From Pelovirga sp. (GTDB taxonomy: Bacteria > Desulfobacterota > Desulfuromonadia > Desulfuromonadales > Geopsychrobacteraceae), in assembly GCA_046484405.1 (NCBI GenBank), contig JAWOIX010000074.1, positions 1,083 to 65,082 on the forward strand: a DNA stretch of 64,000 nucleotides, given 5' to 3'. Below are positions 1 through 9,147 of the stretch, in pieces. Under the pieces are notes generated by a model. That model worked only from the letters and a program-made list of their open reading frames with translations. It was not told the origin of the DNA and made no database searches. Position 1 is the first letter of the stretch. Each line of letters starts with the position of its first letter. A program made the position numbers and the translations under genes.

Positions 1-718
1 CCGGCAGGCGCAGGCAGAAGGTTGGCACCACCGGGATCTGGTGCTTCATGGCCATACTGGTGATGGCGGTCGTGGTAAAAGCCTTGCGGCCGAAAAAATC
101 AACGGCGACGGCACCCGGAGGGGAAATGTGCTGATCGAGCAGCAGACCCACCGCCCGTCCTTGCTGCAGTGCCTTGAGGATGCGCCGGGCGCCCTTGCGG
201 CTGTTGAGGGTACGGGCGCCGAAGTGGCTTCTGATCTGCTGGAAGTACCCGTCAACCAGCCGGTTTTTCAGCGGCTTGGTGATGGTATCCAGGGGGATCC
301 CGAGGGCCGGAAAGACAAAATGGCCGGCTTCCCAGAAACCCAGGTGCGCCGTCAGCAGGATCACCCCGCGCTGCAGGGCGAGGGCCTCTTCAAGCCGTTC
401 CAGCCCTTCAAGTTCGAAATACTGCGTCAGGTTTTCCGGATCGAGAAGGTCCAGCCGCAACGCCTCGACGGCACTCATGCCCAGCTGCACGAAATTGCGG
501 GACACCAGATCACTGACCTGCTCCGGGGTCAATTCGGGCAGGGCCAGGGCAACATTCTGTTGTGCCAGGCGCCGGCGCTCATGTAACACCCGACCGGCAA
601 GCCATCCGGTCGTCCGCCCGCATCGCAGGGCCAGGGAACGCGGCAGGACCCTGACCAGCGGGGCAAGAACACGCAGCGCAACATATTCGAGGCGCTGCTT
701 GAGGGTTATCGGCTTCAT
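1..718 (-). CDS. Lipid A/lysophospholipid acyltransferase (LpxL/HtrB family), 3' end outside window
   Basis: Absent from the ORF track (no stop codon in window). Manual translation from ATG at 718: MKPITLKQRLEYVALR...GVILLTAHLGFWE...VGLLLDQH...VDFFGRKAFT, showing the HxxxE acyltransferase motif plus DQ and FFG motifs. Confidence 0.85.
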   Translation of the reverse strand, partial: MKPITLKQRLEYVALRVLAPLVRVLPRSLALRCGRTTGWLAGRVLHERRRLAQQNVALALPELTPEQVSDLVSRNFVQLGMSAVEALRLDLLDPENLTQYFELEGLERLEEALALQRGVILLTAHLGFWEAGHFVFPALGIPLDTITKPLKNRLVDGYFQQIRSHFGARTLNSRKGARRILKALQQGRAVGLLLDQHISPPGAVAVDFFGRKAFTTTAITSMAMKHQIPVVPTFCLRLP

Positions 719-877
719 AGGCAACCTGTGATTGCAGGGCAAAGATGCACGGGATACCGGATCCCGGGCAAAAGTCAGCCGTTGACTATAGCGCATCTGC
801 GGGGGAGAAAGAAAGCAGGTTCCGCGGCAGGTTAAGCAATTATCATCGTTATCCTTCCGGCAACCCCAGCTAAATTC

Positions 878-906
878 TTGACCGTTGCACTCGATGCTTT
901 TATTCT
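878..906 (+). promoter_or_regulatory. sigma70-type promoter of upp-uraA
   Basis: TTGACC(878-883)-17 nt-TATTCT(901-906), ending 43 nt before the upp ATG. Confidence 0.6.
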
Positions 907-949
907 GCTTGGCGGCATTTCCGCAAACACCCCTGACAAGGAGACTCCG

Positions 950-1576
950 ATGGCAGTTTTTGAGGCTGATCACCCCCTGATCAAGCACAAGCTCGGTCTG
1001 ATGCGGCAACAGGACATCAGCACCAAGGACTTTCGTGAGCTGGCGTCAGAGGTCGCACGGCTGCTGACCTATGAAGCGACCAAGGACCTCGAGACCGAAG
1101 TGGAAACCATCACCGGCTGGAACGGTCCGGTCCAGGTTCAGCGGATCAAGGGAAAGAAAATCACCGTGGTGCCGATTCTGCGGGCCGGGCTGGGCATGAT
1201 GGACGGTGTTCTCGACCTGCTCCCCAGCGCCCGGGTCAGTGTCGTCGGCCTTTATCGCGATGAGGAAACGCTCCAGCCGGTCACCTATTTCAAGAAGCTG
1301 GCCAGCGCGATGAATGATCGTACCGCCCTGATCCTCGACCCGATGCTGGCCACCGGCGGCTCGCTGGTTGCCTGTATCGACATGCTCAAGGAAGCCGGCT
1401 GCACGCGCATTCGCGGGCTGTTTCTTGTCGCCGTGCCGGAAGGCATTGAGCGGGTCACGCAGGCCCATCCGGATGTTGACATCTATGTCGCGTCCATCGA
1501 TGAGCGGCTCAACGACAAGGGCTATATCCTGCCCGGGCTCGGCGATGCCGGCGACAAGATTTTCGGGACCAAATAA
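950..1576 (+). CDS. upp: Uracil phosphoribosyltransferase
   Basis: [30 protein letters not shown] and [11 protein letters not shown] motifs. AAGGAG RBS precedes ATG 950. Confidence 0.97.
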   Translation: MAVFEADHPLIKHKLGLMRQQDISTKDFRELASEVARLLTYEATKDLETEVETITGWNGPVQVQRIKGKKITVVPILRAGLGMMDGVLDLLPSARVSVVGLYRDEETLQPVTYFKKLASAMNDRTALILDPMLATGGSLVACIDMLKEAGCTRIRGLFLVAVPEGIERVTQAHPDVDIYVASIDERLNDKGYILPGLGDAGDKIFGTK

Positions 1577-1624
1577 CCTGCCGGTTGCCATACCGGTCGT
1601 CATCCACCTGTCCAGGAGCCCATC

Positions 1625-2944
1625 ATGAAGGCAAAACCCGCCCCCACAGATTACAACTTCCGCCTGCAGGATGGCCTGCTCGGCGCCCAGATGCTGTTCG
1701 TCGCCTTTGGCGCCCTGGTCCTGGTGCCACTGCTGACCGGACTGGACCCCAACGTCGCCCTGTTCACTGCCGGGATTGGCACGCTGATCTTCCTGGTCAT
1801 CACCCGCGGCAAGGTCCCCGTATTTCTGGCTTCAAGCTTCGCTTTCATCGCGCCGATCATCTACGGCGTCGGCCAGTGGGGCATTGCCGGCACCATGTGC
1901 GGACTGCTGGCAGCCGGCCTGCTCTACGTTATCCTGAGCGTGCTGGTCCGGGTCTTCGGCAGCGGCATTCTCCACCGGTTCCTGCCCCCGGTCGTCGTCG
2001 GCCCGGTGATCATGGTGATCGGTCTGGTGCTTGCGCCCGTCGCCATCCATATGGCGTCAGGACGCACCGGTGATGGCTCTGCCTGGCTGGTGCCCGAAAC
2101 CACAGCCTACATCATCGCCGGAGTCGCCCTGGCCGTCACCATTCTCGCCTCCTTGCTCGGTCGCGGCATGTTCAAGCTGATTCCGATCCTGACCGGTATC
2201 GTCGCCGGCTATATCACCTCGCTGATTCTCGATCTGAGTGGTGCGTCCGCTGCGCTGCAGGCCGCTTTCGATCCGGGCGATCTGCCCAACTGGACCGCGC
2301 CGGCGCTGATCTCCATGCAGAGGGTGATGGATGCGCCGTGGCTGGCGATTCCCGATTTCACCATGCCGGTCTGGAACCTTGAAGCGATTATCTTCATCGT
2401 GCCGATTGCGCTGGCTCCCGCCATCGAGCACTTTGGCGACGTCCTCGCCATCGGCGGCATCACCGGCAAGGACTACGTCAAGGATCCCGGCGTGCAGAAC
2501 ACCCTTCTCGGCGATGGTATCGCCACCAGCGTCGCCGCCATGTTTGGTGGCCCGCCCAACACCACCTACTCCGAGGTGTCCGGCGCCGTTGCCCTGACCC
2601 GTTCCTTCAACCCGGCGATCATGACCTGGGCGGCCATTGCCGCGATCCTCCTCGCTTTTGTCGGCAAACTCGGTGGCCTGCTCAGCACCATCCCGGTCCC
2701 GGTGATGGGCGGCATCATGGTGCTGCTCTTCGGCGCTATCGCGGTCATCGGCATCAGCACCCTGGTGCGGGCCGGCACCGACCTGATGCTGCCACGCAAT
2801 CTTGCCATCGCGGCGATCATCCTGGTGTTCGGTATCGGCGGCATGACCTTTGACCTGGCGATTGTGAAGCTCGGCGGGATCGGACTGGCGGGCATTATCG
2901 GAATTGTCCTGAACCTGGTTCTGCCCCAGGGGCACCAGCACTGA
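1625..2944 (+). CDS. uraA: Uracil permease (NCS2 family)
   Basis: Polytopic membrane protein with QMLFVAFGA, SSFAFI and GPPNTTYSE NCS2 signature; follows upp. Confidence 0.93.
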   Translation: MKAKPAPTDYNFRLQDGLLGAQMLFVAFGALVLVPLLTGLDPNVALFTAGIGTLIFLVITRGKVPVFLASSFAFIAPIIYGVGQWGIAGTMCGLLAAGLLYVILSVLVRVFGSGILHRFLPPVVVGPVIMVIGLVLAPVAIHMASGRTGDGSAWLVPETTAYIIAGVALAVTILASLLGRGMFKLIPILTGIVAGYITSLILDLSGASAALQAAFDPGDLPNWTAPALISMQRVMDAPWLAIPDFTMPVWNLEAIIFIVPIALAPAIEHFGDVLAIGGITGKDYVKDPGVQNTLLGDGIATSVAAMFGGPPNTTYSEVSGAVALTRSFNPAIMTWAAIAAILLAFVGKLGGLLSTIPVPVMGGIMVLLFGAIAVIGISTLVRAGTDLMLPRNLAIAAIILVFGIGGMTFDLAIVKLGGIGLAGIIGIVLNLVLPQGHQH

Positions 2945-2963
2945 TCGCGTTGCCGCACCCACT

Positions 2964-3006
2964 GCACGACAGCTCCCCTGCGCTCCGGCCAGGGGAGCTG
3001 TCGTGC
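2964..3006. terminator. Hairpin between convergent uraA and ABC operon (probable bidirectional terminator)
   Basis: Perfect 17-bp inverted repeat GCACGACAGCTCCCCTG / CAGGGGAGCTGTCGTGC; no long U tract. Confidence 0.55.
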
Positions 3007-3106
3007 CTCATTGCCAGGCGCGGCCAATGTCGCGACACACGGTGCCAGAATATTCCTGTATCAAAAGAGATCGCGGCGTAACAGCAGGGCAGCGCACCAG
3101 CCGCCG

Positions 3107-3895
3107 TCAGAGGACATCCGCGAGGAATTTCCGGGTGCGCTCCTCGTGCGGTGCGCTGAAGATCTGTTCCGGGGAGCCCTCTTCGCAAATCTCCCCTTCT
3201 GCCATAAACACCACCCGGTCGGCCACCCGTTGCGCGAACCCCATTTCATGGGTGACGACGATCATGGTCATGCCATCGCGGGCAAGATCCTCCATCACCC
3301 GCAGAACATCCCCCACCAGCTCCGGGTCGAGGGCGCTGGTCACTTCATCAAACAGCATGACCGCAGGGTGCATCGCCAGGGCCCGGGCAATGGCGACGCG
3401 CTGCTTCTGCCCGCCCGAGAGCTTGGCCGGAAAGACATCGCGCTTGTCGGTCAGGCCGACGCGGTCGAGCAATTCCATGGCCGCTTGCTCAGCGACTGCG
3501 GGCTTCTGCTTGAGCACCTGCAGCGGCGCTTCGGTGATATTTTCCAGCACCGTCATGTGGGGAAAGAGGTTGAAATGCTGAAACACCATCCCCATGTGTG
3601 TCCGTACCCGGTTGAGGTGCCGCTGAAACGCGCGGGGCGATAAATCGGTGCGGTTGACCCGCTCCCCGTTGATGTAGATTTCCCCGGAGGTTGGCGTTTC
3701 CAGGTGGTTCAGACAGCGCAGCAGGGTGCTTTTGCCCGACCCGCTCGGACCGATCAGCACCAGGACTTCACTGTCGGCCACGCTCAGATCAATGTCCTTG
3801 AGAACTTCCAGTTCCCCGAAGTGTTTGCGCAGCTTGCGGATATCAATCATCGCTGTGGCGGATTCTTCCGTCGATGTCTTCACGCGTGGCTCCAT
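3107..3895 (-). CDS. Polar amino-acid ABC transporter ATP-binding protein (GlnQ-like)
   Basis: [46 protein letters not shown] and VTHEMGFA motifs. Confidence 0.95.
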   Translation of the reverse strand: MEPRVKTSTEESATAMIDIRKLRKHFGELEVLKDIDLSVADSEVLVLIGPSGSGKSTLLRCLNHLETPTSGEIYINGERVNRTDLSPRAFQRHLNRVRTHMGMVFQHFNLFPHMTVLENITEAPLQVLKQKPAVAEQAAMELLDRVGLTDKRDVFPAKLSGGQKQRVAIARALAMHPAVMLFDEVTSALDPELVGDVLRVMEDLARDGMTMIVVTHEMGFAQRVADRVVFMAEGEICEEGSPEQIFSAPHEERTRKFLADVL

Positions 3896-4536
3896 GCGGC
3901 ACGGGATTCAAGTTTTTTCAGCAGAAAACTTGCGCCGGTGGTCAGCAGGGCATAGAAAAATGCCGCCATCAGGTACATTTCAAAGGGTTTATAGGTCGAA
4001 CCGATCAAACGCTGGGCAGTCAGGGTTAATTCCACCAGGGTGATCGTCGACACCAGCGAGGTGTCCTTGATCAGAATGACGAAATTGTTCCCCAGGGGCG
4101 GGATGATCAGCCGCAATGCCTGCGGCAGCACGATCCGCCGCATGGTCAGCGCGGCACTCATGCCGAGGGAGCGGGACGCTTCGACCTGGCCGGCGGGGAC
4201 CGAGAGAATCCCTCCGCGAATCGTTTCGGTGTTGTAAGCACCGGTATTCAGGGCCAGGGCCAGAACCCCGGACCAGAACGGGCTTAAGTCCAGCCCGAAC
4301 TGGGGAAACCCGAAGTAGATGATAAACAGCTGCACCAGCAAGGGGGTCGAGCGGATCAACCAGACGTAAAATCGGGCCGGCCACTGCAGCAGGGGATTTT
4401 TCGACAACACGCACAAAGCGGCGAGCAAGCCGACAGCAAGACCCAGAACCAGTGAAATCACGGAAATCTGCAGGGTAAGAACTGCCGCCTTGAGGAAAAA
4501 AGGGAAATAATGGATGACCACCGACCAGTCGAGCAT
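3880..4536 (-). CDS. Polar amino-acid ABC transporter permease (HisM/GlnP family)
   Basis: [31 protein letters not shown] (EAA loop) and LIKDTSL motifs. Confidence 0.95.
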   Translation of the reverse strand: MLDWSVVIHYFPFFLKAAVLTLQISVISLVLGLAVGLLAALCVLSKNPLLQWPARFYVWLIRSTPLLVQLFIIYFGFPQFGLDLSPFWSGVLALALNTGAYNTETIRGGILSVPAGQVEASRSLGMSAALTMRRIVLPQALRLIIPPLGNNFVILIKDTSLVSTITLVELTLTAQRLIGSTYKPFEMYLMAAFFYALLTTGASFLLKKLESRAAWSHA

Positions 4537-4560
4537 ATCCGTAATCCTTGCGGCGAGCGG

Positions 4561-4590
4561 CCTGCGCCCCCGGTGGTGCGGGGGCGCAGG
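4561..4590. other. GC-rich intercistronic hairpin after the substrate-binding gene
   Basis: Perfect 12-bp stem CCTGCGCCCCCG / CGGGGGCGCAGG; typical position for an mRNA-stabilising hairpin. Confidence 0.5.
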
Positions 4591-4596
4591 AACCTG

Positions 4597-5361
4597 TTAA
4601 CGGGCGTCGATTTTAAGCCACTTCATGCTGATGTCCCGATAGGTCCCATCCTCCTTGATCCTTGCCAGCGCCTCGTTGATCGCCGTCTTCAGCTCCGGGT
4701 TGCCCTGGCGCAGGGCAATGCCCATCCGCTCCTCGTAGAGCAGTGAACCGACCATCTCAATCGGCACCCCCCTTTCGTCAATCGCCATGGCCCCGACAAT
4801 CCGATCGGTAATGAACCCATCGATACGGTTATTCATGACTTCCAGCAGCATGTCGGGAACGCCTTTGTAGGTCCGCACGTCCGCCGCGGGCAGGTTCTTG
4901 CGCACCCACTCCTCGTAGGTGGTACCGAGGGTGACGCCAATCCGCTTACCCTCAAGATCTGCCGTGCTCTGCAGAGCGGCGCCCTGCTTGACAAACAGCT
5001 GGGCACCGGAACGATAGTACGGATCACTGAAATCAATGGAGTTAAGACGCTCCTCGGTAATCGCCATGCTGCCGCAGATCAGGTCGAACTTGTTGGTCAG
5101 CAATCCGGCGATAATCCCGTCCCAGGCTGTCGACAGCGGCTGCGGCTCGACGCCCAGCTGTTGCGCAATGGCAGAGCAGATGTCCACATCGAAACCACTG
5201 AGCTGGTTCTGTTCATTAACGAAATTGAACGGCGGGTACTGCCCGCTCATGGCAAAGCTGATGCTGCCCCGGTTCTGAATCTCCAGCAGATCCTCGGCGA
5301 GGGCGGCCACAGGCCATAACAACAACAGGGTGATGGTGCAGAGCATGAGTCTGTTTTTCAT
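4597..5361 (-). CDS. Amino-acid ABC transporter substrate-binding protein (family 3)
   Basis: Signal peptide MKNRLML...VAALA; YPPFNF, GFDVD, WDGIIAGL and FSDPYY motifs. GGAGG RBS before ATG 5361. Confidence 0.93.
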   Translation of the reverse strand: MKNRLMLCTITLLLLWPVAALAEDLLEIQNRGSISFAMSGQYPPFNFVNEQNQLSGFDVDICSAIAQQLGVEPQPLSTAWDGIIAGLLTNKFDLICGSMAITEERLNSIDFSDPYYRSGAQLFVKQGAALQSTADLEGKRIGVTLGTTYEEWVRKNLPAADVRTYKGVPDMLLEVMNNRIDGFITDRIVGAMAIDERGVPIEMVGSLLYEERMGIALRQGNPELKTAINEALARIKEDGTYRDISMKWLKIDAR

Positions 5362-5487
5362 ACCGAACCTCCGTAAAAGCAAGAAAGACAGTCTGCCTCG
5401 AAGAGCCAGACAAACAGTCGACCTTTAGGGAAGCAGGTGGTTGCGGTGACGCAGGGTCTAGACAAAAGGAATCTGCAGATGAAGAAG

Positions 5488-5664
5488 AGAGGCGGCAGAC
5501 CAGGACACACCGGCGCAATCACCCGAGGCCGACAACTGATAGTGTGCTTGCAGATTGACAGGACCACCCGCACCCGATATTGCAAGGGACTGCTGCAACT
5601 CGGTGCTGTCCTAAAAGAGAGAGGGTTCGACCCGAACATACCGGGAGCATGAACGGTCCACCTC
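5488..5664 (-). ncRNA. Unassigned rod-shaped structured RNA in the 5' leader of the ABC operon
   Basis: Nested complementary arms traced by eye, with many G-U pairs that work only on the minus strand (see findings). Confidence 0.4.
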
Positions 5665-5726
5665 ATTGCGGGTCTGTTGCCGGAAAACCAGGCAAAGTGA
5701 GTTGTCTGGAAACGATAACCTTAAAA

Positions 5727-5755
5727 ACCCTACCACGCCCGGTGTGTGTCGTCAA
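5727..5755 (-). promoter_or_regulatory. sigma70-type promoter upstream of the amino-acid ABC leader
   Basis: Minus strand TTGACG-17 nt-TAGGGT with an extended -10 TG. Confidence 0.55.
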
Positions 5756-5952
5756 ATCAGCACAGTCCGCGCGCGGGGCGACGGGATGTTTTAGCCACCC
5801 CTGAAATGATTCGGGATAACGCCCACAGGCGCCACCCGGTTGTCACTGTAACTCCTGACCTGGAAAGTTTATCTACTTTCCTGATGGCCAGATATGGCCA
5901 AACAACCGGCAGCAGGAAGGTTAGCAGCCGTTCCAACTCGTTGAAAAAACGT

Positions 5953-6456
5953 TCATCGCGGATCCCGGAGCGGCGTCAGCGCCAGGGCGCCTGACCGGGA
6001 GGGATGACAGCGCCAGCGGCGTAGCGACGCAGCCCCGGCGATACGACCAAACATCAGCTGCACGCTGGAAAAGGCTGGAAAATACACGAAGTGGCTGTCA
6101 CAGTCGCAATCGCTGGCGCCGAAGCCGGGCAGCGGACAGCGGGCAAGAGCGTCAGAGAGCAGAATCCGGCTGAATTCATGTTCCCGGTTGGCGCCTGCGC
6201 ACAACCAGGCCTGGCGCAGTGACGCGTGGGGCTTGAAATAATCGATGTGCCAGTGACAGCGCGCAGCCGGGCGTAAATGGTGGGTGAGACGTCCGCGCAG
6301 ACCTCCCGTACCGCAGGCACTGCCGCAGTAGCCATACCAGCCGCGCGCAAAACTGTGCCGGCCGCGGCGGCCGATGCTGATGGCAGTGCGCCGGGGGAGA
6401 TAAAACCACAGCAGGTAGCTCCCCTGCTGCGCCGGCAGCGCGGCGTTATTCTGCAA
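5953..6456 (-). CDS. GIY-YIG/Uri superfamily endonuclease (DUF123-like)
   Basis: GSYLL...GWYGYCGSA, RLTHH, HWHIDY and PGFGASDCDCDSH motifs; overlaps the HAD gene end. Confidence 0.8.
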   Translation of the reverse strand: MQNNAALPAQQGSYLLWFYLPRRTAISIGRRGRHSFARGWYGYCGSACGTGGLRGRLTHHLRPAARCHWHIDYFKPHASLRQAWLCAGANREHEFSRILLSDALARCPLPGFGASDCDCDSHFVYFPAFSSVQLMFGRIAGAASLRRWRCHPSRSGALALTPLRDPR

Positions 6457-7054
6457 GGCCGGTCAAGACCGCGACCCGCATCAGGGTCGCCGCCGGGGTA
6501 CGGTGCTGAATCCCCTGCCAGCCACAGGCCACGGCGCCGGCGATGTTCTCCGGTTTGTCATCAATAAACAGGGTCTTTTCACTTTCCAGGCCGAAGCGTT
6601 GTTGTGCCAGCTGGTAGATCTTTGCAGCAGGTTTCATGGCACCGACCTCAAAGGAGGCAAGCCGGTCATGACAGAAACGGTCAAGGTCGTAACTGCGCTG
6701 CAGGAAATCCCAGTGCAACCGGCCGATATTCGACAACAGGAAGACCGGAAAGCGGACCTTGAGCTGCAGGGCCAGCTCCATCATCTGCGGAATCGGGGTA
6801 AACAGATCGTTCCAGGCACGGGTCAGCGCCGCTTCGGGCAACGGGTCGGCCAGCAGACGGTTCATCCCGGCAAGAAACGCATCACAGTCGATGTGGCCAT
6901 GTTCATAGGCGACCAGGTCAACCTGCCGGGCGAAATCCTCGACGGAAGCGATCTGCGCGCCGCGACTGCGCAGCAGGGTGAAAAAATCCCCGTAGCTGTA
7001 GTCGATCAGGACCTTGCCGAGATCAAAGACAATATATTTTATCCGGTTATCCAT
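6446..7054 (-). CDS. HAD-superfamily phosphatase (YihX-like)
   Basis: FDLGKVLID, LLSNI, KP and LFIDDKPENIAGA motifs. Confidence 0.9.
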   Translation of the reverse strand: MDNRIKYIVFDLGKVLIDYSYGDFFTLLRSRGAQIASVEDFARQVDLVAYEHGHIDCDAFLAGMNRLLADPLPEAALTRAWNDLFTPIPQMMELALQLKVRFPVFLLSNIGRLHWDFLQRSYDLDRFCHDRLASFEVGAMKPAAKIYQLAQQRFGLESEKTLFIDDKPENIAGAVACGWQGIQHRTPAATLMRVAVLTGLAE

Positions 7055-7105
7055 GTCTTTCCCGTTACGCCAGGCCGGGTGTGACCAGGAGCCCGCAGTG
7101 ACCGA

Positions 7106-8446
7106 TCAGTCCGCCAGCGTGATCCGCCGGCATTCAAAATAAAACCGCTTTTCGTCCGCCTCGCCCATGGAAAAGGTTTTGCGTGGCAGGGCGCCATCCA
7201 GCACAATCGTCCGGAACAGGTCATGCTTTGAAATCGCCGGCAGATAAAAGCCGGCGCACTGGGCGCCGCTGCCGAGTTCGGTGACTTCCCGGTCGCCGTG
7301 GATGTAATCGATCCGAACCTGCGGCTGACGCCGCAGGAAGTCATCGAGGAACATCTGCAGGGTCGCGACCTCCAGGGTATATTCCGGATCGGCGACCTCG
7401 GCGGCGAAAAAGGCACCGGCGATCACCATGATGAAGGCATGTCCTCCCTGCACCTCCTCCACACAGGCCCGGGCACCGGCCAGGTCAGCGCAGGGGGTCA
7501 GGGTCAGCGGCGTATCGCGTCCGGCAAAAAATGCCGTCATCTCCTCGGTGAGCAGATCCGTGTCGACCTGGAACAGAACCCGGTGAATCGCCTCGAATTC
7601 CAGCCCCGGATCATGGACATTGACCAGCTCCACCAGGGCAAAGCGGGCCGGATGATCCATCACCTCTTGCGGATCGCCCGCCGCGGCCTTGGTCTTTTCC
7701 CAGATCGCTTTGGCCGTGGCGAAGGAATGGTTGCCGTCTCCCATGGCGTAAAGCATGACGTCCCCTTCGACATTATAGCGATTGCGGTAGCTCTGCGGAT
7801 CCGCGAGCTTCTCCAGCGCCCGCACGACCTGGGCCAGCAGTTCCGGCTGGTCCACCCGGTAACCGGTCAGGTGCCCCCCATGGTTGAGCAGGTCGACATT
7901 GTAAAGCTTTTCGAGCTTCTCCTCGAAGAGTGGCTCGATCACCGTTCCCTGGGGATCGTCGATGAGAACCATGATGTGCGGCAGTTCAATGGGCGCATTT
8001 TCACGCACCCGGATCCGCGGCGGCAGCCGTTCGACAATGGTCCCCTCCGTCGCCCGGATGAGACTCTGCGACCCCGGACGATAATCATAGCGCTCGAGAT
8101 CCAGGGCCACCATCAATCCTTTGCGTGAGGGCACAGCGGCGGTACTCCGGTTGACCAGCACCAGCCCGGGAGGCTGTTCTTCAAGGATCCCCTGTGCCAG
8201 GTATTCTTCCATGGTGCGATTGATCGCGCGGATGCGCTCTTCCACATCCTCATCCTCGAGATAGACTTCGGGAAGAACCAGCTTGAGGGTTGACGGCTGG
8301 TCACCAACCTGCTCCCGCAGCTGCTGCCAGTAGTTGCGGTCGGAGGTGTACTGGTCACAGGCGATCGTCGCCCAGCGCTGCAAATCAACACCCTTTTTCG
8401 GCAGCAGAATCCTGGGGACCTGCAGGGCAATATTGTCAAAAATCAT
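7106..8446 (-). CDS. DUF1015 family protein
   Basis: WATIACDQYT, IRATEGT, RLPPR, GDGNHS, IHRVLF and LPRKTFSMG motifs. Confidence 0.85.
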   Translation of the reverse strand: MIFDNIALQVPRILLPKKGVDLQRWATIACDQYTSDRNYWQQLREQVGDQPSTLKLVLPEVYLEDEDVEERIRAINRTMEEYLAQGILEEQPPGLVLVNRSTAAVPSRKGLMVALDLERYDYRPGSQSLIRATEGTIVERLPPRIRVRENAPIELPHIMVLIDDPQGTVIEPLFEEKLEKLYNVDLLNHGGHLTGYRVDQPELLAQVVRALEKLADPQSYRNRYNVEGDVMLYAMGDGNHSFATAKAIWEKTKAAAGDPQEVMDHPARFALVELVNVHDPGLEFEAIHRVLFQVDTDLLTEEMTAFFAGRDTPLTLTPCADLAGARACVEEVQGGHAFIMVIAGAFFAAEVADPEYTLEVATLQMFLDDFLRRQPQVRIDYIHGDREVTELGSGAQCAGFYLPAISKHDLFRTIVLDGALPRKTFSMGEADEKRFYFECRRITLAD

Positions 8447-8539
8447 GATCTGATCCTTTCATGACACGATGTCATAAGCAGTGTTATGATTCATTTCTTA
8501 CCACGATCAGGCCGGGGAAGAAAACCCGCTCAGGCTCTC

Positions 8540-8616
8540 CAACCCTCCCCCCGCCCTCCCTTGTCAGGAAGGGGGCCTGAACGTCCCCCCTGACAAGGGG
8601 GAACCGAGGGGGGTTG
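8540..8616. repeat. REP-like extragenic palindrome
   Basis: Nested inverted repeats CAACCCTCC...CCCTTGTCAGG / CCTGACAAGGG...GGGGGGTTG between divergent genes. Confidence 0.55.
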
Positions 8617-8756
8617 CAGTTGCTTTCGGACGTTTGAAGCTCTGCTCATGCCGCCCTCGTCCTGTGCCGGCAATTCCGGTGTTATCCATGTAAAAAAAGA
8701 TAACTCCCGGCCTCCTTAAACACAAGAACGAAGCAATGACCATTGAGAAAATCTCC

Positions 8757-8786
8757 TTGACTCTACCAGCCGGCGACGCGTATAAG
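8757..8786 (+). promoter_or_regulatory. sigma70-type promoter for riboswitch-btuB
   Basis: TTGACT-18 nt-TATAAG, ending ~20 nt before the riboswitch P1 stem. Confidence 0.55.
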
Positions 8787-8805
8787 CGCAGACACAATAT
8801 GCAAC

Positions 8806-9009
8806 GTTTTGCCGGTGCCGCAAGGCTTGTCGCTTCACCTTAGGTGGAGTTGCAACGGGAAGTGAGGTGAAAATCCTCCACGGACCCGCCGCTGTAAGCG
8901 AGTTAGATCTTGTCCAACCATGCCACTGGTTTTTTCAACCGGGAAGGCCGTACAAGATACCGGACTTAAAGGCCGGAAACTCGCAAGTCAGAAGACCTGC
9001 CGACAAAAC
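8806..9009 (+). ncRNA. Cobalamin (B12) riboswitch
   Basis: CGGGAAGTGAGGTGAAAATCC, CCCGCCGCTGT, GCCACTG...GGGAAGGC and AAGTCAGAAGACCTGCC elements; P1 GTTTTGCCG/CGACAAAAC; upstream of btuB. Confidence 0.95.
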
Positions 9010-9065
9010 ATCCACTTTTATTTCCCCGGGTATGGGAGTGTGGGCACGCGCGGCTTTAAATCCGG

Positions 9066-9098
9066 AAACCCGCACCTGTCAAGGTGACGGGTTTTTTT
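9066..9098 (+). terminator. Intrinsic terminator in the riboswitch expression platform
   Basis: AAACCCGCACCT-GTCA-AGGTGACGGGTTTTTTT stem with U tract, before the btuB RBS. Confidence 0.75.
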
Positions 9099-9147
9099 AT
9101 TGCGCCGCCCACGCTTTCTTAAATGGGAACACAGGAGGAACAGACAG

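Noticed and set aside
41-731. Plus-strand ORFs 41-586 and 174-731
   Set aside because: Shadows of the minus-strand LpxL-family gene, which has clear motifs.
906-950. Possible PyrR attenuator before upp-uraA
   Set aside because: The leader from the predicted promoter is under 45 nt and has no PyrR-binding loop or terminator.
5620-5640. GGTTCGACCC T-loop-like motif suggesting a tRNA
   Set aside because: No cloverleaf, D-arm or acceptor stem can be built around it; pairing favours the opposite strand.
5953-6456. GIY-YIG nuclease as a homing or mobile element
   Set aside because: No intron, intein, terminal repeats or interrupted host gene; it looks like a stand-alone DUF123 gene in an operon.
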